A stretch of 64,000 nucleotides of DNA from an uncultured delta proteobacterium (GTDB lineage: Bacteria > Desulfobacterota > Syntrophobacteria > Syntrophobacterales > Syntrophobacteraceae). The DNA is taken from the NCBI GenBank assembly GCA_963808625.1, contig CAWEHK010000028.1, forward strand, positions 12,625-76,624, read 5' to 3'. Shown in pieces: positions 11,900 through 24,347 of the stretch (its first letter is position 1; each line of letters begins with the position of its first letter). A program made the position numbers and the translations under genes. The notes below the pieces were generated by a model that was given only the letters and a program-made list of their open reading frames with translations, did not search any database and was not told the origin of the DNA.

Positions 11900-13605
11900 T
11901 TACCGATTGAAGGCATTTCCAATATCCTTTTTTTCCTCATAATGCTGCAGGACTTCCTGGCGAAGCTCTTTTCGGAAAACCTTTCCCACCATGCTCTTGG
12001 GCAAGGACTGTCGAAATTCTACGGACCTCGGGACTTTATAGGGTGCCAGCCGGACCTTTGAGAACTGAATGATCTCCTCCTCCGTGAGGTCTTCTCCCGG
12101 CTTTATGACGATGTAGGCCTTCACAATTTCCCCGCGATAAGGATCAGGGACCCCGATGGCAACCGCATCGAGGACCTTCGGGTGTTCGTAGAGCACCTCG
12201 TCAATCTCTCGCGGATAAACATTATACCCTGACGAAATGATCATGTCTTTCTTCCGATCGACCACGAAGACATAACCATCTTCGTCCATTCTTGCGATGT
12301 CGCCGGTGTACAGCCATCCCTCACGGAGCGTGTCGGCCGTCTCCTGCGGCAATTTCCAGTAGCCCGCCATTACCTGTGGACCCTGGATTACCAATTCGCC
12401 GATCTCACCGAAGGATTTCTCCTCGACCCCCAGGTCCAAATCAACAATCTTGCAGTCGGTATCGGGGAGGGCAATGCCAATGGAGCCGACTTTCCGATCC
12501 CCCCCAAGAGGATTGGCATGGGTGACCGGACTGGCTTCCGACAGCCCATAGCCTTCAATGATTATACACCCAGTGAGCTCTTCAAATCTCCGCAGCACCT
12601 CCACCGGCATGGGTGCCGATCCGGTAATGCAGAGCCGGATCGAGGAGAGGTCATAAGAACGCGCGCTGGGCTCAGCGACGATGGCGACAAAGATGCTCGG
12701 CACTCCGGGGAAGAGTGTTGGTCTTCTCTTCTTGAGTATCTTCAGAAATTCACGAACCTCAAAGCGAGGAACGAGGATGACGGTGCAACCCGTGTAAAGG
12801 GGCAGGTTCATCGCCACCGTCATCCCAAAGACGTGGAAAAAGGGCAGGATCCCGAGGAACCGCTCTTCTCCCCGGCGCAGGTCCGGGACCCAGGCTTCAA
12901 GCTGCACGACATTCGATAGAAGGTTCCGATGGGACAGCATGACGCCTTTGGGTGTCCCCGTGGTGCCGCCGGTATACTGCAAGGCCGCCAGGTCATCCAG
13001 GGCGGCAGCAAAAGGCAACGGGTGCGGTGCTGTTTTTCGAACCAATTGCGAAAAATTGAGGACCCTGTCACTGTAGGGAACCGAGGTAAAAAGCTTCTTT
13101 TGCCTGGCTTTCAAGGGATAGAGGACTTTGAGCAGGAGGGGGAGATATTCTCTTATGCTGGTGACAATGACTTTTTTGACCCCCAGTTGCGGGAGGACCC
13201 TCTCTACCTTCGGATACAGGTGATCGAGCACAATCGCAAATTCCGCTTCCGCATCACTCCACTGGAATTCTATTTCCCTTTCCACATACAGCGGATTGGT
13301 CATCACCACCACCGCTCCCACCCACAAAGTCGCATAGTAGGCGATCATGGTTTGCGGGCAGTTCGGCAGCATGATAGCCACCCGGTCTGCCGGGTTTTAC
13401 TCCGAGCAGATTGAGGGCATTGGCCAATCTGAGAATTTGGTTCCAGAGGGAACCATAGGTGAGCTTGGCTCCAAAAAATTCGGTGGCGACGATGTGGGGA
13501 GAGTTGATGGCGTTTTTCTGCACGAAAAGCGGCAGACAATCGTCCGGAACACTTTATCGTATGAGGAACTCGTGGATCGTAGTTCTTATACCAGACCCGG
13601 TCCAT
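11900..13605 (-). CDS. fadD: Long-chain-fatty-acid-CoA ligase (N-terminal frameshifts)
   Basis: AMP-binding LQYTGGTTGTPKG, EGYGLSE, GWLYTGDIA, LPKSMVGK; N-terminus MDRVWYKNYDPRVP at 13605. Confidence 0.9.
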
Positions 13606-13730
13606 CTCCTCCCCCTCGGTATCCTAACGCGGGACTTTTACATTCATCGAGGTTGACATGCTTCTCTCACACCGCAGTCGCTCATATCCCTTCGGGACGC
13701 CCGAAGACACATGAAAAGAGACTTTTCGGA

Positions 13731-13798
13731 GCAGAGACGCGGAGGACGCAGAGAATTTGCTGTTGCTGGTTTTTTTCTGCGCTCTCTGCGTCTCTGCG
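13731..13798. repeat. Nonamer-based inverted repeat (GCAGAGACG)n...(CTCTGCGT)n hairpin
   Basis: GCAGAGACGCGGAGGACGCAGAGAA ... TTCTGCGCTCTCTGCGTCTCTGCG between etfA and fadD; related 9-mers at about 6484, 29007, 42726 and 49071. Confidence 0.65.
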
Positions 13799-13878
13799 GT
13801 GTGTTTTTATTAGTCCGTCAAGGCGAAGGATCTCAGCCTAACCAAGGATGAAACACACGAGAAAGCCCCATGCGCCGG

Positions 13879-14869
13879 TTAGCTGCAGGTCGCTTTATAT
13901 TGTCGCACTTCTTCCGTAAAGATGGGGATGAACTGAAACAGGTCCTCGACAATCCCATAGTCGGCTTTGCTGAAGATGGGGGCATCGCCATCCTTGTTCA
14001 CGGCCACGATAAACTTGGAGGAACCCATGCCCGCCAGGTGTTGGATCGCTCCCGAGATGCCCACCGCAACATAGAGATTCGGGTTGACGACCTTTCCTGT
14101 CTGGCCAACCTGGTCCGAGTGCGGCCGCCATCCGGAATCAACCGCAGCGCGGGAGGCGCCCACCGCTGCCCCCAGAAGCACCGCCAGTTCCTCCAGCATC
14201 GCATAGTTGGAGCCATCCTTCATGCCTCGACCACCGGAGATGATGATGTTCGCTTCCGTAAGCTCGATTTTGCCGGAGGTGTCAAGCTCGACCCGATGGA
14301 CCCATGATCGGGCCTCCGGAATGGGGACCTTGATCACCTCGAGCAGGGGCTTTTTGGTCTCATCAAACATGATACAGGACATGACGTTGGGACGGCAGGA
14401 AATAAAGGGTATGGCGCCTTCGGTCCATTCGCTCCAGGCAAAGCATTTTCCCGCAAAAATTGGCCATTTGGCCTTTATGACTCCCTCTTCACACTGAATC
14501 TCCACCGAGTCCTGAGCGAGCCCAGCCCCCAGCCTGGCCGCCAACCGGGCTCCCAAATCCTTGCCGTTGACCGAAGCGGGCAAGATGACCACCGCCGGAT
14601 CGCACTCTTTGATAATCGCCTCGGTAACGGTAACATAGGTTTCCGTCAAGTAATGCTCGAGCGCCGGGTCATCAGCCACGTAGACCGTTTCCACGCCGTA
14701 GGCTCCCAGATCAGAGGCTTTCTCCGTTACTCCCGAGCCGACGACAATCGCGCAAAGGTGCAGCTCCCAGAGCATCCGCAACCCTTCTCCCCTCACTGGC
14801 CACTTCAAAGGAAACACGGCGAAACTTCCCATCGCGGAATTCCGTGATTACGCAAACACATTTTGCCAT
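13879..14869 (-). CDS. etfA: Electron transfer flavoprotein alpha subunit (compensating N-terminal frameshifts)
   Basis: [44 protein letters not shown] at 14869 ([14 protein letters not shown]). Confidence 0.93.
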
Positions 14870-14884
14870 GGTGTTCTCCTTCCC

Positions 14885-15682
14885 TTATATCACCTTCGCT
14901 TCTTCGTGCAGAGCGCGGACCAGTTCTCTGGCCTTGCCTTCGAGATCCAGGTCGCCATCAATAATGCGTCCCGCCGGCCTTTGCGGAGGAGGCTCCAGCG
15001 AAGTGATAAGAATCTTGGCAGAATTCCCGCCAAACTCGGCAGGATTGAGGCCAAGATCGGTCAATGATTTCATGGCAAGAGGCTTCTTCTTCGCTTTCAT
15101 GATCCCGGGCAAAGAGGCGTAGCGTGGGTTCCAGATCGAATGGGAACCGCCAAAGGTGACCAGTGCCGGAAGGCTGGCCTCAAGAGTGACGATGCCCCCC
15201 TCGATGGGGCGCTTGATGGTTACGTTGGTCCCGTCCGAGTCAATGGAAACGGCCAGGGCCAGGTGAGGCCACCCCAGGAATTCAGCCATCATCGCCCCAC
15301 GCTGGGCCTGGTCATAGTCAACGGCCCTCGCGCCACAGCAAATGATGTCCGGGTTCAGCTCCTTCACCGCCACCGCCATCGCCCTGACAGCCCCGAGGAG
15401 GTCCCCTTCAGCCAGGATGGGATCATCAATCAGTACGGCATCATCCGCACCCATGGCCAGCGCCGTCCGAATGGCTTCAACCACCCGCTGCGGGCCGTAG
15501 CTTACGATCGTGACCTTGCCGCCGTGTTTTTCTTTCAACCGCAGCGCCGCTTCCAGTGCAAATTCGTCATACGGATTAATGACCCACTTGAGATCATCGG
15601 TGACGATAGACTTGCCATTGCTGGCGATGCGAATTACCGATTCAGTATCCGGAGTTTGCTTGAGCATCACCACGATATTCAC
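14885..15682 (-). CDS. etfB: Electron transfer flavoprotein beta subunit
   Basis: KQTPDT, INPYDEFALEAA, ALAMGAD, PRYASLPGIMKAKKK. Confidence 0.95.
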   Translation of the reverse strand: MNIVVMLKQTPDTESVIRIASNGKSIVTDDLKWVINPYDEFALEAALRLKEKHGGKVTIVSYGPQRVVEAIRTALAMGADDAVLIDDPILAEGDLLGAVRAMAVAVKELNPDIICCGARAVDYDQAQRGAMMAEFLGWPHLALAVSIDSDGTNVTIKRPIEGGIVTLEASLPALVTFGGSHSIWNPRYASLPGIMKAKKKPLAMKSLTDLGLNPAEFGGNSAKILITSLEPPPQRPAGRIIDGDLDLEGKARELVRALHEEAKVI

Positions 15683-15853
15683 GGCCGTTCCTCCCTTTTC
15701 GCGATATTTCTGGATGAGCAGTGTTCAGGTGTCAATACCAACTGCCCGGATGATGGGTGTATACTCTCCCCATGGCACCCATCGTCCCTTAGCACAGGAC
15801 ACTTCACGGATTCAAGCAGAAAGACCGGACAGATCAAAAAAGGATTGATGCGC

Positions 15854-16297
15854 TCACGCAGAAAGTCCACCAGTACCGTTGTGGCAATGGGCGCAGTACC
15901 CTTGAAGGAGAACTTGCTGGGATGTCACTTTGAAGCCATTTCTTTCCTGGAGCGAGAGCTTCAGTTCCATCATCGGTCCATCAACATCCTGGATGGACTG
16001 ACACTTCAGGCAGACCATGTGGATATGAGGAGAAGTTACGGCATCGTATCGCGCAACCTCGGTTAAGGGACTGACCTTCTGGATCAGCCCAACGTCATGG
16101 AATCGTTCGAGTGTCTTATAAACGGTGCCAAGCGAAATCATCGGGAACCGTTTTCTGACCTGTTGATAGACGGTTTCTGCACTCGGGTGTTCTTTGGTGT
16201 AAAACAGCGCCTGGTAAACGGCAAGCCGCTGGTGGGTAACCTGGAGGCCGTGTTCCCTCAGCGTCCCCATAAAGTCCTTATCTTCTCTCCCCTCCAT
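15854..16297 (-). CDS. Fur/PerR family transcriptional regulator
   Basis: THQRLAV, HPSAETVY, ISLGTVYKTL, HIHMVCLKC, GYCAHC; AGGAGG RBS before ATG 16297. Confidence 0.92.
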   Translation of the reverse strand: MEGREDKDFMGTLREHGLQVTHQRLAVYQALFYTKEHPSAETVYQQVRKRFPMISLGTVYKTLERFHDVGLIQKVSPLTEVARYDAVTSPHIHMVCLKCQSIQDVDGPMMELKLSLQERNGFKVTSQQVLLQGYCAHCHNGTGGLSA

Positions 16298-16504
16298 CCT
16301 TAACCTCCTTTTCGTAACAGCGTGCTTCTCCCACGAGGGTGACCATGAACTCGTGTTCCGGCCGTTTAACCCTCGTAAGTGGAAATTCTTACGAGTGCAA
16401 AAATCGCAAAAAATGCCGGTCTCCGGCTCGCTCGCTCGTGGCGCAACCGGAATACGATGCAGCCAGTCAGTACATTGTTTGGATTTTATAGGGAGTAACA
16501 ACCA

Positions 16505-18433
16505 TTAGGCAAGCTCTTTCGCCTTAGTAATGGTTATTTTATCGTCCGAATTTTGAGTCTTCAGCAGGGGAGGGTCGTGTGCCTTTTTCAAATAAATCAG
16601 TAGGATCCAAAGTGCTGCCGGAGTCATGCCCGGAATTCTCGAAGCCTGTCCGATGGACTTCGGCCTGATGTCCTCCAACTTTTGCCTGATCTCGTTGGAA
16701 AGACCCGGGACCTCGGCGTACGAAAGATGCTCGGGAATAGAGGTCTGCTCAAGCTTTTTGAACTTCAACACTTCCGCTTCCTGACGTCGCAGATACCCTT
16801 CATATTTGCACTCCACTTCCACCTGTTGCCGGACTGCTTTCGAAAGGGGCGTGGGAGATGGAGAGAACGTCTCAACATCTGCATAGCCGAGCTCCGGACG
16901 CTTGAGCAGCCGTTCCAGCGATGCCGGCTCTTGAAGCGGGGCCGATCCCCGGGCCTTGAGAAGGTCATTAACGGTCTCCGACGGCTGCAGCGACGTTCTT
17001 CGCAAACGTTTCAATTCAGCGCCTATCGCCTCCCTTCGCGCCACCAGTTCCCGGTAGGCGGAATCGGGCTGAAGTCCGAGAGCGTGGCCCTTTTCAAGGA
17101 GCCGCACATCGGCGTTGTCTTCCCTCAGCAGCAACCGATGCTCCGCTCGCGAAGTGAACATCCGGTACGGCTCATTGGTCCCCTTGGTAATGAGATCGTC
17201 CACCAGGACCGCCATATAGGCTTCCGACCGGTCCAAAACGAAAGGTGGTCGTTTCTGGACGCTTAAAGCGGCGTTGATCCCCGCCCACAAACCTTGCGCC
17301 GCAGCCTCCTCATAACCCGAGGTGCCGTTGATCTGGCCCGCCAGGTAGAGCCCCCGTACCAGCTTGGTTTCGAGGGTGGCGAGCAGTTGCGTTGGTTGAA
17401 TAAAGTCGTATTCAATGGCATACGCAGGTCTCATGACCTCTGCCGATTCCAGTCCGGCGATCGAATGAATGAGCTGCATCTGGATTTCATACGGGAGCGA
17501 GTTGCCGGTGCCGCTGGCATAGATCTCTTCCGTCTCCAAACCTTCAGGTTCCAGAATGATCTGATGGAATTCCCGGTGGGGAAATTTTATGACTTTATCC
17601 TCCAGAGACGGGCAGTAGCGGGCGGAAACCCCGGTAATGCTGCCATTGTAAAGAGGCGAAAGATGGATATGACGGCGCACCAGGCGGTGGGTCTCGGGCT
17701 GCGTTCTCCCGATAAAACACGATACCTGTGGCAAGGTGACGCCATCCGTGGTGAGTGAAAACGGCCTTGGTTCCGGATCGCCCTCCTGCTCCTTGAACTG
17801 GCTGAAGTCGATGCTCCGCCGGCGGATGCGCGCCGGGGTCCCGGTCTTCATGCGGCCCATGCTAAACCCCAGCGCCTGCAATTGATCCGCCAGAGCATTG
17901 GCGGGGAATTCTCCCGCTCTGCCGGCCTGGATCCGGGCCGGGCCGATATGAATCAAACCGTGCAGGAAGGTCCCGGTTGCCAGGATCACGGCAGGGGCCT
18001 CAAAACATACTCCAAGCTGGTCGACAATGCCCACCACGCGACCATTTTCCACCACCAGAGACTGTGCCAGAGACTGCTTCAACTCGAGATTTGCCTGCGT
18101 TTCCAGGCCGTGTTTCATAAGAGTGCGATAGCGTACCTTGTCATTTTGTGTGCGTGTGCCGCGCACCGCCGGTCCTTTTTTGGTGTTCAGCCAGCGAAAC
18201 TGGATCGCGGTCTGGTCCGTCACCCTCGCCATTTGTCCGCCCAGCGCGTCGATTTCCTTGACGAGATGCCCTTTCCCGATGCCGCCCACCGAAGGCGAGC
18301 AGGGCATGTGAGCCACCGTATCGAGAAAGATGGCCAGGGCCAGCGTGCGGCAGCCCATGCGCGCCGCCGCCAGTGCCGCTTCGCATCCCGCATGACCGGC
18401 GCCCACCACAATGACATCATAGCGCTTGGTCAT
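16505..18433 (-). CDS. mnmG: tRNA uridine-5-carboxymethylaminomethyl(34) synthesis enzyme MnmG (GidA)
   Basis: [60 protein letters not shown]. Confidence 0.97.
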   Translation of the reverse strand: MTKRYDVIVVGAGHAGCEAALAAARMGCRTLALAIFLDTVAHMPCSPSVGGIGKGHLVKEIDALGGQMARVTDQTAIQFRWLNTKKGPAVRGTRTQNDKVRYRTLMKHGLETQANLELKQSLAQSLVVENGRVVGIVDQLGVCFEAPAVILATGTFLHGLIHIGPARIQAGRAGEFPANALADQLQALGFSMGRMKTGTPARIRRRSIDFSQFKEQEGDPEPRPFSLTTDGVTLPQVSCFIGRTQPETHRLVRRHIHLSPLYNGSITGVSARYCPSLEDKVIKFPHREFHQIILEPEGLETEEIYASGTGNSLPYEIQMQLIHSIAGLESAEVMRPAYAIEYDFIQPTQLLATLETKLVRGLYLAGQINGTSGYEEAAAQGLWAGINAALSVQKRPPFVLDRSEAYMAVLVDDLITKGTNEPYRMFTSRAEHRLLLREDNADVRLLEKGHALGLQPDSAYRELVARREAIGAELKRLRRTSLQPSETVNDLLKARGSAPLQEPASLERLLKRPELGYADVETFSPSPTPLSKAVRQQVEVECKYEGYLRRQEAEVLKFKKLEQTSIPEHLSYAEVPGLSNEIRQKLEDIRPKSIGQASRIPGMTPAALWILLIYLKKAHDPPLLKTQNSDDKITITKAKELA

Positions 18434-18775
18434 CTCTTCAAATCCATGTCTCGAAGCTCCTCGATAATCGCGATCAACCTTGTTGCGCCAATTCCGCCGC
18501 GCTGTGATATCATTAAAAGGGTGTCCGAAAAGTCCTTCTCCGTGCGAGACTGACGATGCGGGGCTCATTCGTATTCACGACAAGGGCACTTACTTTCTCT
18601 TCTTAGACACGGACACGCTCGGAGATGCGGTGAACATCGCATCGTCCGCAGCGTCAATTTATCATTCAGTGCTGCGGATAAGGCAAGAGGGATCGTCAAC
18701 TTTTTCAAACGGGTGATTCGCGACCCGGAGGCCCGCATGGCATCCTTGGTCCTTCCCAGGCCGTGGGCTGATGGT

Positions 18776-19738
18776 ATGGAAACTGCCGCAATGTATCGTG
18801 ATTTCAGTTCTTATCTGCGCGAAGTTTTCGGGTGTCGCGTCCAGAAGATTACCATTGATGCCGGTCTGACCTGCCCGAATCGAGATGGTTCCGTTGGTTA
18901 CGGCGGTTGCATCTACTGCAATGAAAGGGGTTCCGGCACGGGTGCCGCACAACAGGTGCGAAGCATCAGAGAGCAGTTGGAGGCAGGTAAGGCCATTCTT
19001 TCCAAACGTTACAAGGCCAGGAAGTTCCTTGCCTATTTTCAGGCTTTCAGCAACACCTACGCACCGCTCGCTACGCTCAGGACGCTCTATGAAGAGGCCC
19101 TCACAGTGGAAGATGTCGTAGGGCTATGCATCGGCACTCGCCCGGATTGCGCCTCGGACGAGGTGCTGGACTACCTCGAGGAGCGGTCAAAAGATCGTCT
19201 GATCTGGATCGAATATGGCTTGCAGTCCGCGAGCGACGACACCCTCGCGCGCATCAACCGAGGCCACAAGGTGAGTGCCTTCCTGGATGCAGTTCGGCGG
19301 ACTCGGGCTCGTAAGCTTCCCATATGCGTTCATGTGATTCTGGGGCTCCCCGGAGAGAACCGCAACGATATGCTGGATACGGCTCGATTTCTTGCTTCAC
19401 AGGACATCCAGGCGGTGAAAATCCATTTATTATACATTGTCCGCGGGACTGTTCTCGAAGAGTGGTATCGTGCCGGGACCTTTCAGTGTCTCCGTCGCGA
19501 GGAGTATACCGCGATTGTCGCGGAGTTCCTGGCGCTGCTCCCGCCTCACGTCATCATCCAGCGCCTGACCGGTGATCCGCATCCCCAGGAATTGGTGGCC
19601 CCCGCGTGGGCACGGGAAAAGCAGCAAAACCTCCAGGCTATCCGTACCTACATGAAAGGACATGGGCTCTATCAGGGAAAGTTCCACCGTCCCGGTTTGA
19701 GTCGCTATGATCAGGACGGCCACGAAGTGGAAGCCTGA
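18776..19738 (+). CDS. TIGR01212 (YhcC-like) radical SAM protein
   Basis: TCPNRDG..GGCIYC, YFQAFSNTY, IGTRPDC, HVILGLPGE, QRLTGD. Confidence 0.92.
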   Translation: METAAMYRDFSSYLREVFGCRVQKITIDAGLTCPNRDGSVGYGGCIYCNERGSGTGAAQQVRSIREQLEAGKAILSKRYKARKFLAYFQAFSNTYAPLATLRTLYEEALTVEDVVGLCIGTRPDCASDEVLDYLEERSKDRLIWIEYGLQSASDDTLARINRGHKVSAFLDAVRRTRARKLPICVHVILGLPGENRNDMLDTARFLASQDIQAVKIHLLYIVRGTVLEEWYRAGTFQCLRREEYTAIVAEFLALLPPHVIIQRLTGDPHPQELVAPAWAREKQQNLQAIRTYMKGHGLYQGKFHRPGLSRYDQDGHEVEA

Positions 19739-19767
19739 TTGACACGGCGGGCAGAGTCAGTTAAATT
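19739..19767 (+). promoter_or_regulatory. Putative sigma70 promoter for gspG (TTGACA-N17-TAAATT)
   Basis: Consensus -35, 17-bp spacer and near-consensus -10. Confidence 0.5.
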
Positions 19768-19881
19768 CTTTGCTGCCAATATTTCAAAACAGGCTTTCCG
19801 AAAAATGATTTTGGATTTATTGATTCACATTTTGAGAACAGCAACCCGTTTGCATGGAGAAAGGGCATGAAGGAGGATTTG

Positions 19882-20320
19882 GTGAGACGATGCGAAGAGG
19901 AAAAATCCTTTAAAAATATCGCAACAGGGTTTTACTCTTATTGAACTTTTGATTGTCATGATTATTCTGGGACTGCTGGCGGCCCTGGTAGCCCCGAAAA
20001 TGTTCCAGAAGGTTGGCTCTTCCAAGCAGAAGGCAGCTAAGGCCCAGATCTCCATGATCGGCACCGCTCTCGACGCGTACCGCCTGGATGTCGGGAGCTA
20101 TCCCAACTCCGAGGAAGGTCTTGGTGCGTTGCGCAAGAATCCGGGTCACGGCGCCTGGGACGGACCGTATTTGTCCAAGGAAGTACCTAATGACCCGTGG
20201 GGGCGACCCTATGTGTACCGCGCACCGGGAGATCACGGGGACTATGACATGTACTCCCTCGGCGCCGATGGCCAGGAAGGAGGCGACGGAGAAAACGCGG
20301 ATGTCCTCGGCTGGGACTAA
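19882..20320 (+). CDS. gspG: Type II secretion major pseudopilin GspG (frameshift in leader peptide)
   Basis: QQGFTLIELLIVMIILGLLA prepilin site, ALDAYRLDVGSYP, WDGPYL, DPWGRPYVY, SLGADGQEGG. Confidence 0.93.
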
Positions 20321-20431
20321 GGGGCTCACCTCATTGCTCGCCTGTGACTTCTCTTCATCTTTGTTTTGGCTTGACGTTTTGATTCAGAAGTGATCATAGG
20401 AAAGGTCCAGGGCTAATACTTTTAATTTGGG

Positions 20432-20518
20432 GCGAGAGTGGCGGAACTGGTAGACGCACTGGACTTAGGATCCAGCCCTGGTGACAGGGTGGGGGTTCAA
20501 CTCCCCCCTCTCGCACCA
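20432..20518 (+). tRNA. tRNA-Leu (anticodon TAG)
   Basis: Acceptor stem GCGAGAG/CTCTCGC-ACCA, D-loop GGCGGAACTGGTAGACGC, anticodon arm CTGGA-CTTAGGA-TCCAG, long variable arm, GGTTCAACTCC. Confidence 0.97.
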
Positions 20519-20565
20519 CGTGATCGCTAATCCTTGTTGACTATTTGTCATTTAGAGAAAGGTTT

Positions 20566-21888
20566 ATGAACGTGGAGATGAACGTTTCCGTTGTCGATCT
20601 GAGCGCAAATCAAAAGAAACTCCAAGTGCAAATTCCCGCCTTGAGGGTTCAGGAGGAACTCGACGAGAAATATCGGGAATTGGCAAAAAGCATTCGTATC
20701 AAGGGATTCAGGCCTGGCAAGGTGCCCCGCAACATCATCAAGTCCTATTACGGAAAGACCGTAGAGAGTGAACTGTCCTCACGGTTCATCCAGGAAACCT
20801 TTCAGGATGCCCTTCGCGAAGCGAATGTGAAGCCCCTCGTGGAAGCCGATGTGGACGAGGTGCGATTTGAAGACGACGGCGCGTTTACCTATACTGCCCT
20901 CGTGGATGTTTCGCCGCCCTTTGAGCTGGAGGAATACAAGGGGCTCGCCGTTCATCGACCACCCGTTGAGATCACGGAAACGTGGGTCGCGATGGAACTG
21001 GAGCGAATCCGGCAACAGCACGCGCAACTCCGCAACCTGGAAACCGAACGACCTATTGCGGAAGGGGATGTCGTACTGGTCGACCTGGTCCCAACGGTGG
21101 AGGGGACCGTTTTCGAGAAGGGAAAAGCCAGCGACTACATGGTTGAAGTCGGGAAGCAGGCGATTCACCCCGAGCTCGACCAGCATCTCATAGGGCATCA
21201 CGCAGGAGAATCGGTGGCATGTGACCTGGACTTTCCCGACGACACGCCCATGACGGAGTTTGCCGGAAAGCGCGTCCGCTTTGACGTCACCATCAGAGAG
21301 ATCAAAGAAAAGCATACTCCTGAACTTGATGACGAGTTCGCCAAGGAGGTGGGGCAGTTTGAAACGCTTGAAGGTTTGAAACAAACCGTTCGTGAGCAAT
21401 TGCAGAAGCGGGAAACCGACAAGGCCACCGCCGAGGTGCAGCAGCAGATCATTGACCAACTCCTGGCAAAGGTGGACATCGAGCTCTCCTCCAGGGTCGT
21501 CGAACGCGAAATTGACCGCCTCCTGGGGATGCTCCATTATCAATTCGAAAGCCAGGGCCTTAAAGTCGACCGCAGCCGGCTGAATACCGACGAGATCCGC
21601 GCCGATTATCGTTCGCAGGCGGAGAAGAACGTGCGCTGGCGCCTCATCTCTGAATACCTCGCCAAGCGGGAGGAGCTTGACCTCGCGGAACAGGAGTTGG
21701 AGGACGTCTACCGGGACGTGGCGCGCGTGGCACGGATGGATGTTGAGAACGTGAAGCGAGATTATGCGGAGACTGCCATAGTCACACAGGCCAAAGAGGG
21801 CAAGCTTCAGGAAAAGGTCTTAAAGATGCTGGAGGAAGCGGCTGTTTTCACGGAAGGTGCAGCAGCGAAAGCATCGGAAGAGGAGTAA
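20566..21888 (+). CDS. tig: Trigger factor
   Basis: [10 protein letters not shown] ribosome-binding motif, PELDDEFAK; tRNA-Leu-tig-clpP-clpX-lon synteny. Confidence 0.96.
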   Translation: MNVEMNVSVVDLSANQKKLQVQIPALRVQEELDEKYRELAKSIRIKGFRPGKVPRNIIKSYYGKTVESELSSRFIQETFQDALREANVKPLVEADVDEVRFEDDGAFTYTALVDVSPPFELEEYKGLAVHRPPVEITETWVAMELERIRQQHAQLRNLETERPIAEGDVVLVDLVPTVEGTVFEKGKASDYMVEVGKQAIHPELDQHLIGHHAGESVACDLDFPDDTPMTEFAGKRVRFDVTIREIKEKHTPELDDEFAKEVGQFETLEGLKQTVREQLQKRETDKATAEVQQQIIDQLLAKVDIELSSRVVEREIDRLLGMLHYQFESQGLKVDRSRLNTDEIRADYRSQAEKNVRWRLISEYLAKREELDLAEQELEDVYRDVARVARMDVENVKRDYAETAIVTQAKEGKLQEKVLKMLEEAAVFTEGAAAKASEEE

Positions 21889-21891
21889 CCC

Positions 21892-22500
21892 ATGTCCCTC
21901 ATCCCCATTGTCATCGAACAGAGCAGCAGGGGCGAAAGAGCTTTTGATATTTATTCACGGCTGTTGAGAGACCGCATCATTTTTCTTGGCACAGGGATTT
22001 CCGACGAGATCGCGAACCTGATCATCGCCCAGATGCTCTTTCTCGAGTCTGAAGATCCCGACAAGGATATTCATTTTTACATCAACTCACCGGGCGGTCT
22101 TGTCACGGCGGGATTGGCAATCTATGACACCATGCAGTACATCAAGCCGGACGTGTCCACCCTGTGCATGGGACAGGCGGCAAGCATGGCTGCCGTAATC
22201 CTCGCTGCGGGCGTGAAGGGGAAACGTTATGCCCTCCCCCACGTGCGCATCATGCTTCACCAACCCATGGGCGGCTTCCAGGGTCAGGCAACCGATGTCG
22301 ACATCCAGGCCAGGGAAATCCTCAGACTGCGCGAAGAACTGAATCGCATCCTGATGGACCATACCGGAAGGGGGCTGGATCAGATTCAGCGGGACACCGA
22401 TCGGGATTTCTACATGTCGGGGCACCAGGCCAAAGATTACGGGATGGTCGACGAAGTCATAACCAGCAGGGCCTTCGCTCGGATCGTCTCGGGCAAATAG
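21892..22500 (+). CDS. clpP: ATP-dependent Clp protease proteolytic subunit
   Basis: [33 protein letters not shown]. Confidence 0.98.
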   Translation: MSLIPIVIEQSSRGERAFDIYSRLLRDRIIFLGTGISDEIANLIIAQMLFLESEDPDKDIHFYINSPGGLVTAGLAIYDTMQYIKPDVSTLCMGQAASMAAVILAAGVKGKRYALPHVRIMLHQPMGGFQGQATDVDIQAREILRLREELNRILMDHTGRGLDQIQRDTDRDFYMSGHQAKDYGMVDEVITSRAFARIVSGK

Positions 22501-22935
22501 ATATTCCTTTCGACCCATTCGGGTTGCCTTGCGTCAGCACACGGTAGAAGGCTCGCTCTCGGGGGAACAGGTCACCTGACCTTCATTCTGATGTCGTTTG
22601 ATCGGGTCCGGAAGTTTTTTCCTGCCGCTTTGTCTGGAATGAGAATTGTCTGAATCAGAAAGTGGGTCCCATCGTCCGGTTGAAACGAGTTCTCGCATTC
22701 ATGCGTTGCCGACCAACCGGCCGGGCGAATTTGCGCTCGTGGGCGGCAGCAAGCCTGTCTTTCCCTCAGCGCGCTCTTGGAAATCCGGAGATGAAGGCAT
22801 TTAAAGGTAGCTATGGTGCGTCTGCATGGTTATAATGTGTAAAGTCGAATAAAGAGACCACGCTTACGGAAGCGTCAGTGCGCAGAATGGGGGACCTGAA
22901 AGCGCGCTATTTTTATATGACCAAGGAGGACGTGG

Positions 22936-24189
22936 ATGGCTCGGAAGCGAGATGACCGCACGGGTGAGCTGAGATGCTCGTTTTGCGGCAAGAGTCAAGA
23001 CGAAGTGAAGAAACTGATTGCCGGACCAACGGTATACATCTGTGATGAATGTGTGGAACTCTGTAACGACATCATCGCAGAGGAATACGAAAGGGAAGAA
23101 TCGGCGCGCGGGACCAGCATCCCCAAACCCGTGGAAATAAAATGTATTCTTGATCAGTACGTGATCGGTCAGGATCGAGCGAAAAAGGTCCTTTCCGTAG
23201 CGGTCCACAATCATTACAAACGCATCGAGCTCAAACTCGATAAAAATGATGTGGAGTTGCAGAAGAGCAACATCCTCATGATCGGCCCCACCGGCTCAGG
23301 GAAGACGCTACTGGCGCAAACGCTCGCGCGCATTCTCAATGTCCCGTTTACGATTGCCGACGCCACGACCTTGACGGAAGCGGGCTACGTCGGTGAGGAT
23401 GTGGAGAACATCCTGGTAAGCCTCATTCAGGCTGCGGACTACGATGTTGAAAAAGCCTCACGGGGCATTGTGTATATTGACGAAATCGACAAGATCGCCA
23501 AGAAGTCCGACAGCCCGTCCATCACCCGTGACGTCTCGGGCGAAGGGGTCCAGCAGGCGCTCCTCAAGATCCTGGAGGGGACCGTAGCCAACGTCCCTCC
23601 GAAGGGAGGCCGAAAGCACCCGCAGCAGGAGTTTATCAAGATTGACACCACGAACATTCTCTTCATTGTCGGGGGCGCTTTCAACTATCTCGAGACCATC
23701 ATCCAGTCGCGGATCGGGGTTAAGGGAGTGGGCTTCGGCGCACAAATACGCAGCCGGGAAGATCGCAACATCGGCGAAATTCTGGCCCAGATTCAGCCCG
23801 AGGACCTTATCAAGTTTGGCATGATTCCCGAGTTCGTGGGGCGTTTGCCGGTGATCGCCACCCTGAATGAACTTACCGAAGATGAACTGGTGAGCATTCT
23901 GACCGAACCGAGAAATGCTTTGGTGAAGCAGTACAAAAAGCTTTTCGATTTGGAGGCCGTGCGCCTGCGGTTCACCGATGGCGCGTTGAGGGCCATAGCG
24001 AGAGGAGCAATCAAGCGGAAATCCGGAGCGCGAGGACTGCGTTCCATCATGGAAAACATCATGCTCGACATCATGTACGACCTCCCCTCCCATCCCGAGA
24101 TCCAGGAATGCATCATCAACGAAGAGGTCATCCTCAAAGGAGGAGAGCCCCTGTTGCTGTACCACGGGCAAGGCCAGGAATCGGCTTGA
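22936..24189 (+). CDS. clpX: ATP-dependent Clp protease ATP-binding subunit ClpX
   Basis: CSFCGK zinc finger, [30 protein letters not shown]. Confidence 0.98.
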   Translation: MARKRDDRTGELRCSFCGKSQDEVKKLIAGPTVYICDECVELCNDIIAEEYEREESARGTSIPKPVEIKCILDQYVIGQDRAKKVLSVAVHNHYKRIELKLDKNDVELQKSNILMIGPTGSGKTLLAQTLARILNVPFTIADATTLTEAGYVGEDVENILVSLIQAADYDVEKASRGIVYIDEIDKIAKKSDSPSITRDVSGEGVQQALLKILEGTVANVPPKGGRKHPQQEFIKIDTTNILFIVGGAFNYLETIIQSRIGVKGVGFGAQIRSREDRNIGEILAQIQPEDLIKFGMIPEFVGRLPVIATLNELTEDELVSILTEPRNALVKQYKKLFDLEAVRLRFTDGALRAIARGAIKRKSGARGLRSIMENIMLDIMYDLPSHPEIQECIINEEVILKGGEPLLLYHGQGQESA

Positions 24190-24347
24190 GGGTCTCCCAA
24201 AACGATCCGACGAGCCAAGTCAGCCAACTGCCAGGAGCTAACCACGCCAACACAACCGAGAGCTGAGAGCCAGATAAGGTGGACTTAACGTGCAGGGTGC
24301 AGGGACCCAAGGTGCAATCCTGCTCAAGATAGAGAGAAGTTGGAGCT

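Noticed and set aside
20432..20518. tRNA-Leu as an island integration site
   Set aside because: No integrase nearby and I saw no duplicated tRNA 3' end; tRNA-Leu-tig synteny is ordinary
22501..22935. Long clpP-clpX intergenic region as a possible ncRNA
   Set aside because: No recognisable RNA family motif; only a TATAAT at 22831 suggesting an internal promoter
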